Source: a virus
Direction: 5' to 3' (one strand)
IMG/VR virus record: IMGVR_UViG_3300030419_005383
Location: 1 to 64,000 of that record
Length of the DNA: 64,000 bases
In this document: positions 34,532-47,200 of the stretch, one piece after another
How positions within the stretch are numbered: the first letter of the stretch is position 1
Layout: every line of letters begins with the position of its first letter
Program-made: the position numbers and the translations under genes
The notes under the pieces: model-generated
Told to the model about the DNA's origin: nothing
The model's input: only the letters and a program-made list of their open reading frames with translations
Databases searched by the model: none

Positions 34532-35155
34532 TCAGGTAGACGGGTTGACGATGTCTACGATGAACATTTCCAACTCAACATCATTGTCGTTGTGGTTAGC
34601 AGACCACTGAGAGTCGATTGACAGCACTAGAGCAGCGGTTGTGTCAACGGCTGCGGTTCCAGAAATGCTCGTTGCAATTTGAGACTTAACTGCCTGATCA
34701 CTTGGCTGAGAGTATGTCCACATTGCGTAGCCAGTTGCTGTTGCTCCAACAGTTCTGAATTGAATGGCTCCGTCAATAACGCAAAAATCACCATCAGCTA
34801 CGGTTGCATCGTTCGTAGTCAAAAGCTGGTTGTTACTGGCAGGCGTTGTAGTGTTAGCCCCAAGACTCACAAAAATCTGCAATGCGTCAGTACCGTTTAC
34901 GTCTGAATTCCGCGTAACAGCGCGAACCCGAATCGTAGATCCTGCAACCAAAGTGTTGGCGGGGATCGTATACGTTCCGAGCATTGTGTGAACAGTCGTG
35001 TCGTATGTAGAGCCTTCCTTTGCGGCTTGGGCTGTAATCGCATGGGCTTGGCCACCGACGTACATCTTGGCGCCAGAGCCACGGCCATGATCAACAACCA
35101 AAGCCAAACCGTGTTCAAGGGCGCGACCGCCCATCAGTGCAGGAATCTTAGACAT
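34532..35155 (-). CDS. virion structural protein
   Basis: GGAGG RBS; YTIPANTLVAGSTIRVRA. Confidence 0.75.
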   Translation of the reverse strand: MSKIPALMGGRALEHGLALVVDHGRGSGAKMYVGGQAHAITAQAAKEGSTYDTTVHTMLGTYTIPANTLVAGSTIRVRAVTRNSDVNGTDALQIFVSLGANTTTPASNNQLLTTNDATVADGDFCVIDGAIQFRTVGATATGYAMWTYSQPSDQAVKSQIATSISGTAAVDTTAALVLSIDSQWSANHNDNDVELEMFIVDIVNPST

Positions 35156-35256
35156 CTTCAGCCTCCAGGGGCTCAACTAGGTGGACAGGTGATCAGCATA
35201 ACATGAGGCACAAGTCTGACAGAAAGTCTGATCAAAACTCAACCAAAAGCACAGCA

Positions 35257-38200
35257 TCATTCATCTATAGCAGATTCAGCTTGGCGTTTTTTCTCTACTG
35301 TTGCTTTAGACAAATCTCTCAGGGATGAGCGCAAGGCACGCTGAATCTTAGTTTCTTGCGTCTCTACAACATCAGGAACAATACCTATTACGCCCATTGC
35401 CTCGCCGGGAGAGAACGCGGCAGGGTCTTCACCAGCAACCAGCTCTGTACGAGGCACCATTGTTTCCGCGGCAACCGTACCGGGTTGTGCTTGTATGTAT
35501 GTTGACGTACCAGGCAGTCTCACTCGCCTGTGTCGGGGCAAATAATGTGAATCAATGTCATCGAGAAACCCTTCACGGTTTCCGAACTGACGAAATTGAT
35601 AGCCAACCTCCAGCATGGATTCAACGGCGCCCATGTTTGCGCGATCTAAGCGATCAAAAAGCGTCATCTCACGCCCTGCAAAAGGTAAAGGCGCCATATT
35701 TTTCCACATATGGAACAGCAGGGGACCAAGAGATCCGCCGGCTTTATAAGAGACAGTTTCTCCAGGCACCTTTTGATATTCAGGGTCACTTGGCCCCCAA
35801 ACTTCCGCACCAAACAACTCGTCAACGACGTACCCCCCACTGGGGCCATACCGGTCAAGATTGACGAACCAAGATGGGATAGTGCCTGAACGCCGAAGGC
35901 TTCGATTGAAGTAGAAGTTTTGTTCAGTAACAGTGACAATTGGAAGCATTAAAACAGGGTTCGTCATCGAGATAAACTCTCGAAGACCCTGATCACCTTG
36001 CTTGGTGCCATGGTAAGCAGCCGCATCGAAAAGGTTCAAGAAAGGCATCATTGCTGTAAAAGCGGGCAATTCAGGCGCATACCAGGCAACTTGCTTGTTT
36101 TTCATCCGGTTTAGAACCGACTTCATTGCAAACATGACCGGACGGCTTTCGAAGTAATGCTCTTCAACAAGGACAGGTTCTTCTTCAAGCCAGAGGTTCT
36201 TGCTGCCTTTGACCAGGCGCATCTGTGCCAGGATTCTGCCTGGGTTGGTCAACAACGTCTCGTAGAATAAATCCAGATTCTTGCGCTGGAAACTGTAAAA
36301 CATAAACACAATACGCATGAAGGATTTTTCGAATTCAGTCAGCGCCGAATAGTCCATGCCGATCTTGCGCGCCCTCGCCGCGGCTTGACTGGGAGACAGG
36401 CCGCGCTCTATTTCAGAAATCCAGACAGATACGCGGAAGATGTTGTCCATCGCGGTCGCGAATTCCAGAAGCGTTTCCTTCCAGGGTCGATAAACTTTCT
36501 TAATGAATCCGGTCGGTGACTTATACCACGGGGCCGTGTCCAGCTTGTCTCGCAGAATCTCATGGACCGCTCTCGCTGATTCAGCCTGAGGGAAGCTGCT
36601 TTTCAAACTGTGGGCAATAGCCATATTACCGAGACGATTTGCTGTATATACACGGTAATCTTTCGTGATTAGGGGGCGCGCGTTTGGCTTCCAGCCACCC
36701 TCTCCCCACATTCTGGAAACAACAGCACCGACCAAATTGGAGTTCTTGGTAACCAGGCTTGTCCCCATCCTGGCCATGGTCGGAACTGCCTGCGCTGTAA
36801 TTTTCCCCGCCTTTACCGCCCCAAGGCCTTGATGAACAGCCGCAGCAATTCCCATAAACGCGGCCATGTAGTACGGTAATTCAACCAGACCGGTCCCCGT
36901 TGTCATGTGCTGCTTCATTCTGGAGTGCGTCAACGGATTCAGCTCAAAAACGGTGTCAACGGCTTGAGCCAGTGTCAGCTTCGCCTTCTCGGTCGGGCCC
37001 AGGTCTTCTGGAATAAACTCAGGGCCAAGCTCTGTTCCTAACAGGCCCTTCTTGGTAGCCTTTAGGCGCCCCTTAGCGGCTATATCCTGCGCCTTACGTG
37101 ATTTTGCTCCCGTCCAGGCGTAGCCGATTTGAGACAGCCTATTGGTCATCTCTTCAATTTCTTTGATGGCGGCTTCCGGCAGTAAAGTAGTGCTCCCGTC
37201 AGGGAATGTGTGTTGTTGGAAACCTGATTTTGCGTACTTGATTCCCCATTTTTGAACATACTTATGCGCAACCGTGTAGGCCTCAAGATCATCATTGTTT
37301 ACGGTCAAGCGCCAGTCAGGTTGACGCGGTGGTTTTGGTCGCGGTGTTTGAAGCCTTCTTTTCTCAGGTTTTCTGATTGCTTGATAATTAAAGCTCATGA
37401 TCTGATTGATGTGGTGATGCACATTCTCAACGAATGCGATTCGATCAATCGACGTGTCAGGTGAGAAGCCGCGGTGTGAGGTCAGTTCTCGGACATCTCC
37501 CGTGTACCCGTACTTTGCCAGGTTGTGCGAAAGCACAGTCAAGATTTCCATGAACCGCATCCGCATGATCATTTCAAGAATCGCCGTTGCGGCGTCATAC
37601 TCATACCCGCTAACAATCAGGCCCTTTTCTTGAGCCAGATTGATCATCTCCATGAATCTGCCTTGATAGAAATTCTGATAAATGCTGATCAGCTCATACT
37701 CATCAAGGTTCTTCACAATGCTAAGATCATCGGCTCCAGACAAGGATATTGCCAGATTTTCGGCCCGAACCAATACTTGTTTTTTACGGCGAACAAGCCC
37801 ATTGTGAATCACCCGGATCGCATCTGACACCGCATATCTGTCATTGTCAGACAGTTCCACCAAGCGGTCAGGATTGGTTGGGTCAATGTAAGATCGAATA
37901 ATATCCAATGCTTGACGATCTTTTGGATGCAGCCCCCAGTATTCAGTCAAGTACCCCTGGATGTTGTCCAGCTTTCTAACCAACATCTGAAGATCGAAAC
38001 CTTCATCCAATTGATCAATTTTGATGTCAAGTTCTTCTTGGGTTTTGAACCTTAGATCTTCACGGCTGATAACTCCAGACAGATCTCTTTCCATTTCTAA
38101 AATCGGTTTCAGGTCAGAAAGGGCAACAGGTGCATTGAGGTGCTCAATCAAGTGGTCATACAACTCTTGGACTGTTCCTTCCTTGTTGCCTTTTCTCCAT

Positions 38201-41200
38201 TCAGAAACCGCACGAACAAAGAATCGTGGATTGTCTTCACCCAGCCGAAGCGAGTTGTTTATGAGGTCCCGAACCGCTGGGTCCATCAGGTCTTTGCCAA
38301 ATTCTGGCACAATGAACAAATCGCGGAATTTCCTTCTGACGTTGTCGATTGATTTAAACAAAGCCCTGTTGTCAACTTTGTCGAAAACCTCGCCCACATA
38401 CCGAGTAAAGGCGAGGGCCAAGGAACGGCTCATTCGATCATCGTATCGATTGACTCGTGCAGCCACGCCTGCGCTTACATCAACCAGAACCTCATGAATG
38501 TTTTGCCAGTCGGCAACCGCAATCTTTGTGAAGTCACTTTGACGGAAAAACCTGTCAGGCAGAATGTTGCCCATTGGTTCATTTGCCAGCTCATGTACCA
38601 AACGCTTGATGCGAGCAGCCTGAGGCGGATCAAACTCAATGTAGTCGGCCTCATCAAGCAACCGTGCGTTGGGGTCTTCCTGCATGTAAGATCGAACAAG
38701 TCCGGTAGCATCGCCCCTGCTGACCAATTTGATTCGCTTGACAAGCTGCTTGGCGTTTTCACCAACAGCATCCATCAACCGGTCAGTGACATCTTTTTTG
38801 ATTCGGGACACCCTGCTTGCTGGAACAATCGTCCGAATCGTCATCCTCACTACGTTTTCTGCACGCTGACTTCTCTTAAACCGCTCCGCTGCCTCTAAGC
38901 CCATAGAGCGAACAACAAGCGCGATTGCGTCGATCTCGTCTCCAGCCTTCACGCCAAGCTCTTGTCGCAACGACTCCTCATCGCCCATCAACCGCATACC
39001 CGCACGCCTTCGACCGGCTTTTCCGACCGGTGATTCAAGAACCCGCTCAGCCATGGCTGTTGGCACCATTTCAGGTGAAATGTTCTTCAGTCGAGTGAAC
39101 ACATCCGAAACAATCCCTTTCGACACTTCTTTGAGAAAATCATCTGCCGACAAGGGGGGACCGAGCTTTTCGTCACCTCCTTCCAGTCGGAGCCTTAAGT
39201 CACGTCCTTCCAGTCTTTTCAAAACATCTGAAATGATCCCGTCCATTAAGCCTTGGATTAGATCATCAGGCAATTCTACTGGGACTCTCGAATCTGCCAT
39301 AAGTTTACGAATAGCAGTATCAGCAATATCAGACGCAATGCGTTGAGCTACTTGCCGATCCCGTAAACGAAACACCTTCATCAGTGGAGTCAGTCCAGAT
39401 TTGTCATCCGCTTGCGAGACGGTCCTGGCGACATATCCCTCGATGGACTTTTTCACGCGGCCAGCAACCGAACGCTTCAACTGAACGACTGGTCGCTTTT
39501 GAGTCTTCTTCAAAACGTCGTCGGTGATCTTTGCGGCAGGCATAGCCAGCAGCTCGGACGGCCTGTACAGCTCATCCCAGAACTCAGCCAGGTGCTTCGG
39601 CAAATTGTGACGCTTCTGACGGATTAGGCGCCAAAGATTGCGAAGCTCACCGTGAAGCTGACCAATCAGTCGATTCACGCCTGGATTGTACGAAGCCCTC
39701 TTGGTTTCCCACCATTGAGCAAGGGCATTAGCAAATTGTTCGTGTCCAGCGTCAGTAAGTCGCCCGTTTTGGTCTGTATCAAAAAAGCGGAATAGCCAGC
39801 TTCGCCACTTGTCACCCATAATGGCCTGCAACAAGTGTCCATTTTCATGAGCAAGTGTATCAAAGCGCCCAGTCGAGAAAAGGCGAAGTAGATACGAGGC
39901 CGTTCCAGACTCGTCCGTTCGAACTTCGAAACTGCCGCGTGGAGAATCCGGCCCGCCGTCGTAGCGAATCGATGTTGGAAGAGCAGGCTTGGCCTCAGTC
40001 GGAGCTATCCGAAAGGCATCCGCGAGGACATCAAGGACTGTATCATCTGGTTGAACTCCGAATCGCTCAATGGCTCTGTCGTAGGCTGCGCGGTTGACGC
40101 TTGGGTGCTCGTACCAGTTTCCTCCAGCTTCTTGGGAGAGTCTGGCGAGGTACTTTCCTGTTGGTTCTCCTTCTGGCTGCCGGGGGAGGATTCGTTCTTC
40201 TGGGGAGAGTTTTTTGAGGACATCTTTGGCATGGGATTTAATCTCTTTTTCGAATTTATTTTTTGACTTTAGATCAAACCCAAAGATTCGACCATCGGAG
40301 GTGGCGGCAGCAAGTATGCCGTTTCCGTGGACAGGATCCAGAGCATGCAGATCTGCTTTCGGGACGTTTACATAATAGAAACCCAGGATGGGTGACCTCT
40401 GCTCACCCATCCGAACATAGACACCACGATAGGGTGATTCCAGCCCAAACATCTCTTTGACCAGCGCCTCGCCAGTGGAATGCGAGATGAGCTGCTGGTT
40501 CGCCGCTACCCATGTTTCCCAATGGAAGCGACCAATGGAAGCATCTTCTGGACGGCCCAATTTCTTATAGACTTCGGGTACGATCTTATTAAGGGCGCCT
40601 TCCACGGCCTCATAGAACAGAAGACCGCGGGGCCCATCAAATACCGACGCAAGACCTGGTTTTTGGGACCATGGCCGAAATGATGCGGTGCTTTTGTATC
40701 CACCTTTTGGCGCCTGCCATCCAGTGTTCAGACTGCCGGGATTTCCGTATTCATTGGCCCGATTCGCGTAGTCATAGATGTGCCTGGTCTGCCATACATC
40801 CAAAACAGCCGTATCGGGTCGCCCTGCCATCAAAGCGACAAAGCTCATCACTTTGTTTTGAATGCCGACCCCCTGGCTCATCGTCCAGAATTGCCGGCGC
40901 ACTTCGCTTCCAGACAGATTTTGGTCGGACATCAGTCTATGTATGGCCTCCAGTTTAGTCATGCCTGGATACCGATCATGATTTACAGGCAACCGCTCGC
41001 TCATCCGCCTCAAGAACAGATCACCAAACGCATTGAGATTCATCAACGCCTGTGTGCCTGGAGAGCCCGAATACTTGTTAAGATTCACGATGGCCCGAGC
41101 ACGCTTCCGCCAGGCGGCTTGCCAAACGTCATCCCATTCGCCGCGCAGAGCGACATTGATGAATTCGTCTACGCCAGCATTGACGGCATCAATGAATCCT

Positions 41201-44200
41201 GCCTCTTGAATCCAAACAGAAGAATTTCGGCTGAGCATGCCCCACAGAAACAGCTTCGCTGTATGGCGCGGTTGAGCCCGCCCGGCGGCATATGCTTCGC
41301 CAAATTTCTCAACAACACTAAAGCCTTCATTTACAGCGCTCTGCTGTTCAGCCGTGAGGTTCTCTTTCAGGAAATCAACAACCGCATCAGGGTTGTTGTA
41401 GTATTCGATCATCTTATACGGGGGCTTCACCACGTTCTTATCATTCGTGGCGTTAAACCAGAACTTCTTCCATTCGGCTTCACTCGAAAGCATCTTGCCT
41501 TCTGGCCAACGCTCCAGCAAGGCATCGATTTTAGCTAATACATCGTCACCACGGCGGGTCGGATTCAATGGAAGGGCCTTTTCCTTCACGCTGTCACGGG
41601 GCTTGAACCTCGTCTTGATCGCCATCGGGGCCGGAACAGCAGCGAGAACCTCAATTCTGAACGCCTCACGAATCCGTCTACGTTCTTGTTCTGGTAGAGC
41701 CTCACGCTCGGCCTTGGGCATCTTTGCGTACTTGGCCAGCGCCTTTTTTCCTATGGGAACAATTGGCGTCTGCTTGGAATCCAGAAACGCCTCAACGTCT
41801 TGGTCCGTGAATTCGGCGCCTTCATGTTCAGCCAGGTCGCGTGTAATTTTTGGCGGGACTGGCGCCTTGCTGGGTAATGGCTCTACCATTCCCGCTGGAG
41901 GGGCCACAGATGGTTCCCCTTCTCTGGGGGCCGTCAAAAGATCATGCTGAATCCTCATGGCCTCAGAAAGCGCGTTTCTGTCTGTTTTCGCGATTCCGAG
42001 CGCATCAGCCACCCACGAAAGCAGCCGGCTCCAAACCGACTCCTGGGTGTCAACGAACACGATGTCTTTCAATATTGACTGGAATTCTGGATTAGAAAAC
42101 GCTTCAGCAAGAAACTCCTTTGCGTTTTTCAATCCATAAGGAAGGGTTCTCACCACCGGTTCATCGTCAACTATAAGTTGTTCCAAATAGTCAACTTCCT
42201 CACCGAGAGTCTCTCTTCTTTCTTCTTGCCTCAAGTAGCCATCAAGCCTGTCTCTGACGTACTCCCAAAGATGATCCAACTCTATAGAGGCTTTTCCCAA
42301 TGGGGTTGACGGGCCCTCACCTAAGCCTTCGTTGTACCGCATTACGGTTGCTGCATGGACCAGCTCATGGAGCGCGGTTTTTTCCCAATCGCCAGACCGC
42401 AGCTTTTCATTGGGTTGATATAGATCGATATGGGGACTAGGCCGACCCGGCCCGAGCCAATAGTATATTCCCGTCCAACCCTCTGGATGCGCGGCCTCTG
42501 TGGTTTCTATCGATACATCATCGGTGATGAACTCTTCAATATATGCAGCGATGGCCCTTATTTGATCGGTTGTTCCGTTCTCTTTTATCCAGTAGACAGC
42601 CTCTTTTGCGCTTTTCCACTGCTTGGCTGCTTTTCTAAATTTAAGATTTGAATCAGCACGAATACTGGGCGGGATTGGCATGGGTGTACGGATCGCAGGA
42701 CGTGCGCCATTCCAGAAAACCCTGGAATCTAAGCCTCGGTAAATCAAATTGTAACGATGTAGCGCACGTGAAACGTCACTTGAGTCCGCATCTCTTACAG
42801 CATCAACCAACCGAAGCGCCTCTTCGGCAGCTCCACCAGCCTGAAGAATCCTTGCTTCAACGGCCTTCCAGTCGATAGTGTCGTCAACTTCAATAAATTC
42901 TTTGAATAAAGAATCGATAAATTCATCACTGAAAACATCGCCTATATCGTCAAGAAGTCGTCTGGCCTCACCAAAAGCGACCTGCCTGAATGTTTTAATC
43001 GCAGGAAGAATCTTCTCTTGGTATTCCTTGATGGAGCCGATTTCGGTCAGTAGTTCACGGGCCTCTTCATAAATCGCCCGATCAACATCGTTTAGTTCTT
43101 GGTCCTTGAGACCCATGAACCGTGAAAAGTCTGCTGGTGTATTGAACGCCCTGCTTACCACATCTGTTGATACGCGCTTCTTAATGCCATCGGCCTTTAT
43201 CCTTGCTTGTACTCGATCTTTTCTCTCTTTTTCTCGCTTAATCACGGCCCGTTCTGGCCCTGTATACCGAGACAGACCTTTGGTTTGAGATTCAAACCTA
43301 TCTTCGGCCTTAGCATAGGCGTCGAAAACTGCTTCATCGTTCGCCAGAGTGAGTGCAGACGCCTTGCGGAGGACTGTTCGCTTTAACGCTTGAGCCATCG
43401 GAGAGACCCACTTGTACTCAATGGACAGTTCAGAACCTATCGGTAAACCGCCACGGCGAACTTGATATTCGCGATTGATGCCACGAAACAGTGAGGTCCA
43501 TTCATCCGATTGAAAAATAGAATGAAGTTCAGCATTGAGACCGAGCTGTGTTTTGGTGTCTTTGAGGCCCTCAATCAATCCGTACAAATCGCTCCGCCGA
43601 ATGTTTTTCTGATCAAACCGCTCAATCACGCCCTCATAAACATCTTCTATCGTCCATGGTTCTCTGTCCAAAAGATGCGACTTTTTGAGGCTACCCTTAT
43701 CTGAAATTAGAGGCTCAATATCTTTAAGTGCAGCCCGAAGAGCATCTATGGCGCCTTCTGGAATCCCTTTAAGTACAGCGCCTTCTGGAACTTGAGTGAG
43801 ATCCTGAAGGATTCTTTCTATGTTGTTGAGGTCACTCCAAACGAGGCGTTCTGCCATTTTGACCTGTTGACTAAAAATACCCCCAATGGCCCTGATCGCA
43901 TGCCAGGGTGTATATTCAAATCGGCCATATTTGGTTTCAGCCGAGAGGCGGGTTCCCATTGTTGCGGTTTCAATCAATTGACGAATGCTGCCGTAGCCAC
44001 TCTCAACATCGAGATCTTCCGGCCTGTTGGCGTTCCAGGCTCTCTCAAGCGAGTTCTTGACCCACGATGCTGACTCAAGCAAATAGTTCGGCCATGCTTT
44101 CGGCAGCTCAGGGGGCTTGTCAGGGGGCTTAAGGATAACTTCCGGGTCAAGCGAAGGCAGCGGATCTCTGGCGCCCTCGACGCGCGGGGATGTCAGCCAG

Positions 44201-47200
44201 TCGGCGGGGCGCTCCATAAGCTCTACATCAACAACAATCTTCTTTTTGCCCATTCCGCGCAGGGCTTCAAGACGATGCCGACCATCCATGATGCTGTGGA
44301 ATGTTCCGTCTGCATTGATGGCGACTCTTGGCGGGGCCATAGGTTTACCCGACTTAATGAACTCAATCGCTCCTTTCAGTCTTCCGCTTCCCCATAGTTT
44401 CTGTACAGGAATGTCATCGATGTTGACGACACGGGGCTCTATGTATTCCAATCCGGCAAGGGTTCCTGAGTCTTGACGCATCAACTCTTCTACGTCATGA
44501 CCCATTTCTATGATCTCGTCGCGCATTTCCCGAGCCCGGTCTGCCCGAGATCGATACGACACACCCTCGACTTCAGTCACCGCTTCAACTGGTTGACCTA
44601 AGACCTCGACGCGGGCGGGGGGCTCTACACCCTCTGGCGTTTGAAAACGAGCACCAGGCCCAGGTTGACCGCCAACCCGATGGTTAATCTTTTTGAAGAA
44701 ATCAATCGGGGTGACGATGTCAGGAATCATATCGTCAGATGAATGAGCAAGCGCCTGATGCTCAAGAAGCGCAAGATGTATGACCAAGTCCTGGTCCGTC
44801 AGGTTCCCCGCTTTGATGTATTCGCTCAGCTCATCCTTTACGCGCAGATACTCAGGGTCTTTGCGCATACTCATTTCAGTCGGGGTTCCGTGCTGTAGAA
44901 ACCGCTGCAAATTTCCCGTGTAAAGAGAACGGCGACCTTTCATTGCGTTGTTGAAGGTCTTGATAAATTCTTCTGTGTCCTCAACGCCCGTCTCTTTGAG
45001 TCGGTTCTCGAAGGCCTCCAACCGATACCCACTCATGCTGTCCAGGGGGCTGATCCCCAGCTCGATCATCTTTGCAGCCAATTGCATTGTTGCGTTGTTG
45101 ACCGCAGAAACCGCGTCCAAGTCTTCCTTTTTCTGAGGGTCTAAGGCGGCTTCTTCTGGTGGCTTCACAACCCTTTGATAAATCTCAGGTCCGACATACG
45201 CTGACATCATGTGCGTAGCCATAGACAGCTTACTTGTAATCGGGGCGCCATCTAATGCTTGAACCGCCCTTTTGGCTGCAACCGAACCCCGCAATGCGTT
45301 TGCGGATCTTCTTACGCCAAACCCAAGCGTTCTGAAAATTGGAGATTCCCAAGGAACAAGGAAGTCCGCCGAAAGACCGCCAAGCATTCCATACATCCAG
45401 TAACCTTCACCAGGCCTGCCTCCGTTTGCCATCATGGCTCTTCGCGTTGCCATCATCGCACCAGAGTCACCAGTAGCCACGTTAGCCAGGCTTTCCGCCA
45501 TCCAGCCGGTCAAAGTCAACTCTTGATTCTTGTCTTTGACTCCAAGTACCTGATTCAGAGAATCGCCCGCAAAAACCGGAGCATCCATCAAAAGCTGTAA
45601 TTGCGGCTCCATCAGCAGGTCCGCACTTCTCATGACCCGGCTCATGGTCCCTTCAATCAAGTAAAGCTGATTCCCTTCCCGAACAGTGGTTGTCATATAG
45701 GAACCAACCGACTCTTCGAGCTTTGTGGTCGGAGCCGCACGTTCAATCATGCGTCCAGTTGTCTCGATGACTGATGCCGTATCAGGAACAGATTCAGCGA
45801 ACTTGAAGTTCATTGAAACCAAGGTTCCAAATTTCACCTGATTCAGCCAGTTTTGGACTTCAGACAAGTCCACTTCATCTTCGACATCATCTCCAGCCAA
45901 ATCGAGTATCGTCTCAGTAATCCAAGGCCAGTCCGATGTGCCGTAGGCAGCATTCATCGCCTTGCCAAGGTTGCGGTCGTACCTCGCCCAAGATTCATAA
46001 GTCTTACGCTGTTCCGGTGTTGCCTCTTGCAAAATATGAACAAAAAGACGCACATCCGGCATCCGTGTGGGTCCGCCATACTCCTGCCTGAGACTGCCTG
46101 GAACATCCACATATGAGACATTCTGCATCTGATCTAAAAGAATTCCAGAAACGTTCGAGTCTGGATTTTCCTTCGCATACCGAACAGTTTCCATCAACTG
46201 AGCCCAAGCATCCGACCACTTGGCTTCTGAAGTTCGGACTCTGCGCTCTAAATAATATGCGCCCCTTTCCTCAGGGGTCATGAAAGAAGCGCCGGCAACG
46301 CGCTCAAAGAAATCGTTGCTCTTTTCATGAAATTCTCGATAGAGCTGAGCCATCGACTTCAACGCTGGAACGCCTTCTCGCTCCTCATCAGACGACAATG
46401 CGGTTGTGACAAGCAGTGCCGGCAACTGCATAGGCGAAACGGTTGCAACGCTTGACGGAGGCAGCGATTCCATTGCCTCAATCTGACGAGCAAGCGGAAT
46501 CCCGGCAGCGAGAATGTTGTCCATTGCGGTAGCTGATTCAGGGTCCGTATCGACAAGCTCCTGCCGCGCTGACCGGATCTTCATATTGGCTTCTTGAACG
46601 CCTTTTGCCCACTCTTCAACTTCAGCATCTGCCTGTTCAGGCGTCTTGCCGTCCATATGGACCTTCTTCTGCTTCAATACATACCGGGCTCCCTCAAAAG
46701 CCTGCGCCATACCTTCGGCAGTAAGCTCTTCCGCCATATTGCCTGCGCGGGAAAGCTCAGTCACATCCAGGGTTCGGTTGAAAAGGTCCGCCAAGTAGCC
46801 TGGGTCGTCAATCTCGTGAGCCAGAGCTGTTCCACCAGCAGCGCCACCCATTGCTCCAACAATCCAGCCGCCAGGAATCTTCAGCCGGGAAGCCAAAACA
46901 GAACCACCCGCTGCGCCAACTATGGCTAATTCTTCCGCAAACTCAGGAACGTCAGGAAGGTCCCCCTCTGTGATCTCTTCCTTAAAGGCCGGCTGCGTGA
47001 CTCCGATCATTACATCTTTGAGGCCCCTGAGAAGCTCTCCAGACTCCTGCGCTTTATCCAGGGTCTCTTTGTACTCCGCTTTTCTTTTCGCGGGTTCATC
47101 AGGATCAATAGGCTCGGTGACTGGCAGCACTCTCGGCCCAAAGACTGTCTTACCTTTTTCGATCGTGGCGCCGGGCGTCTCGTCGCCTGGGATTCCCTCT

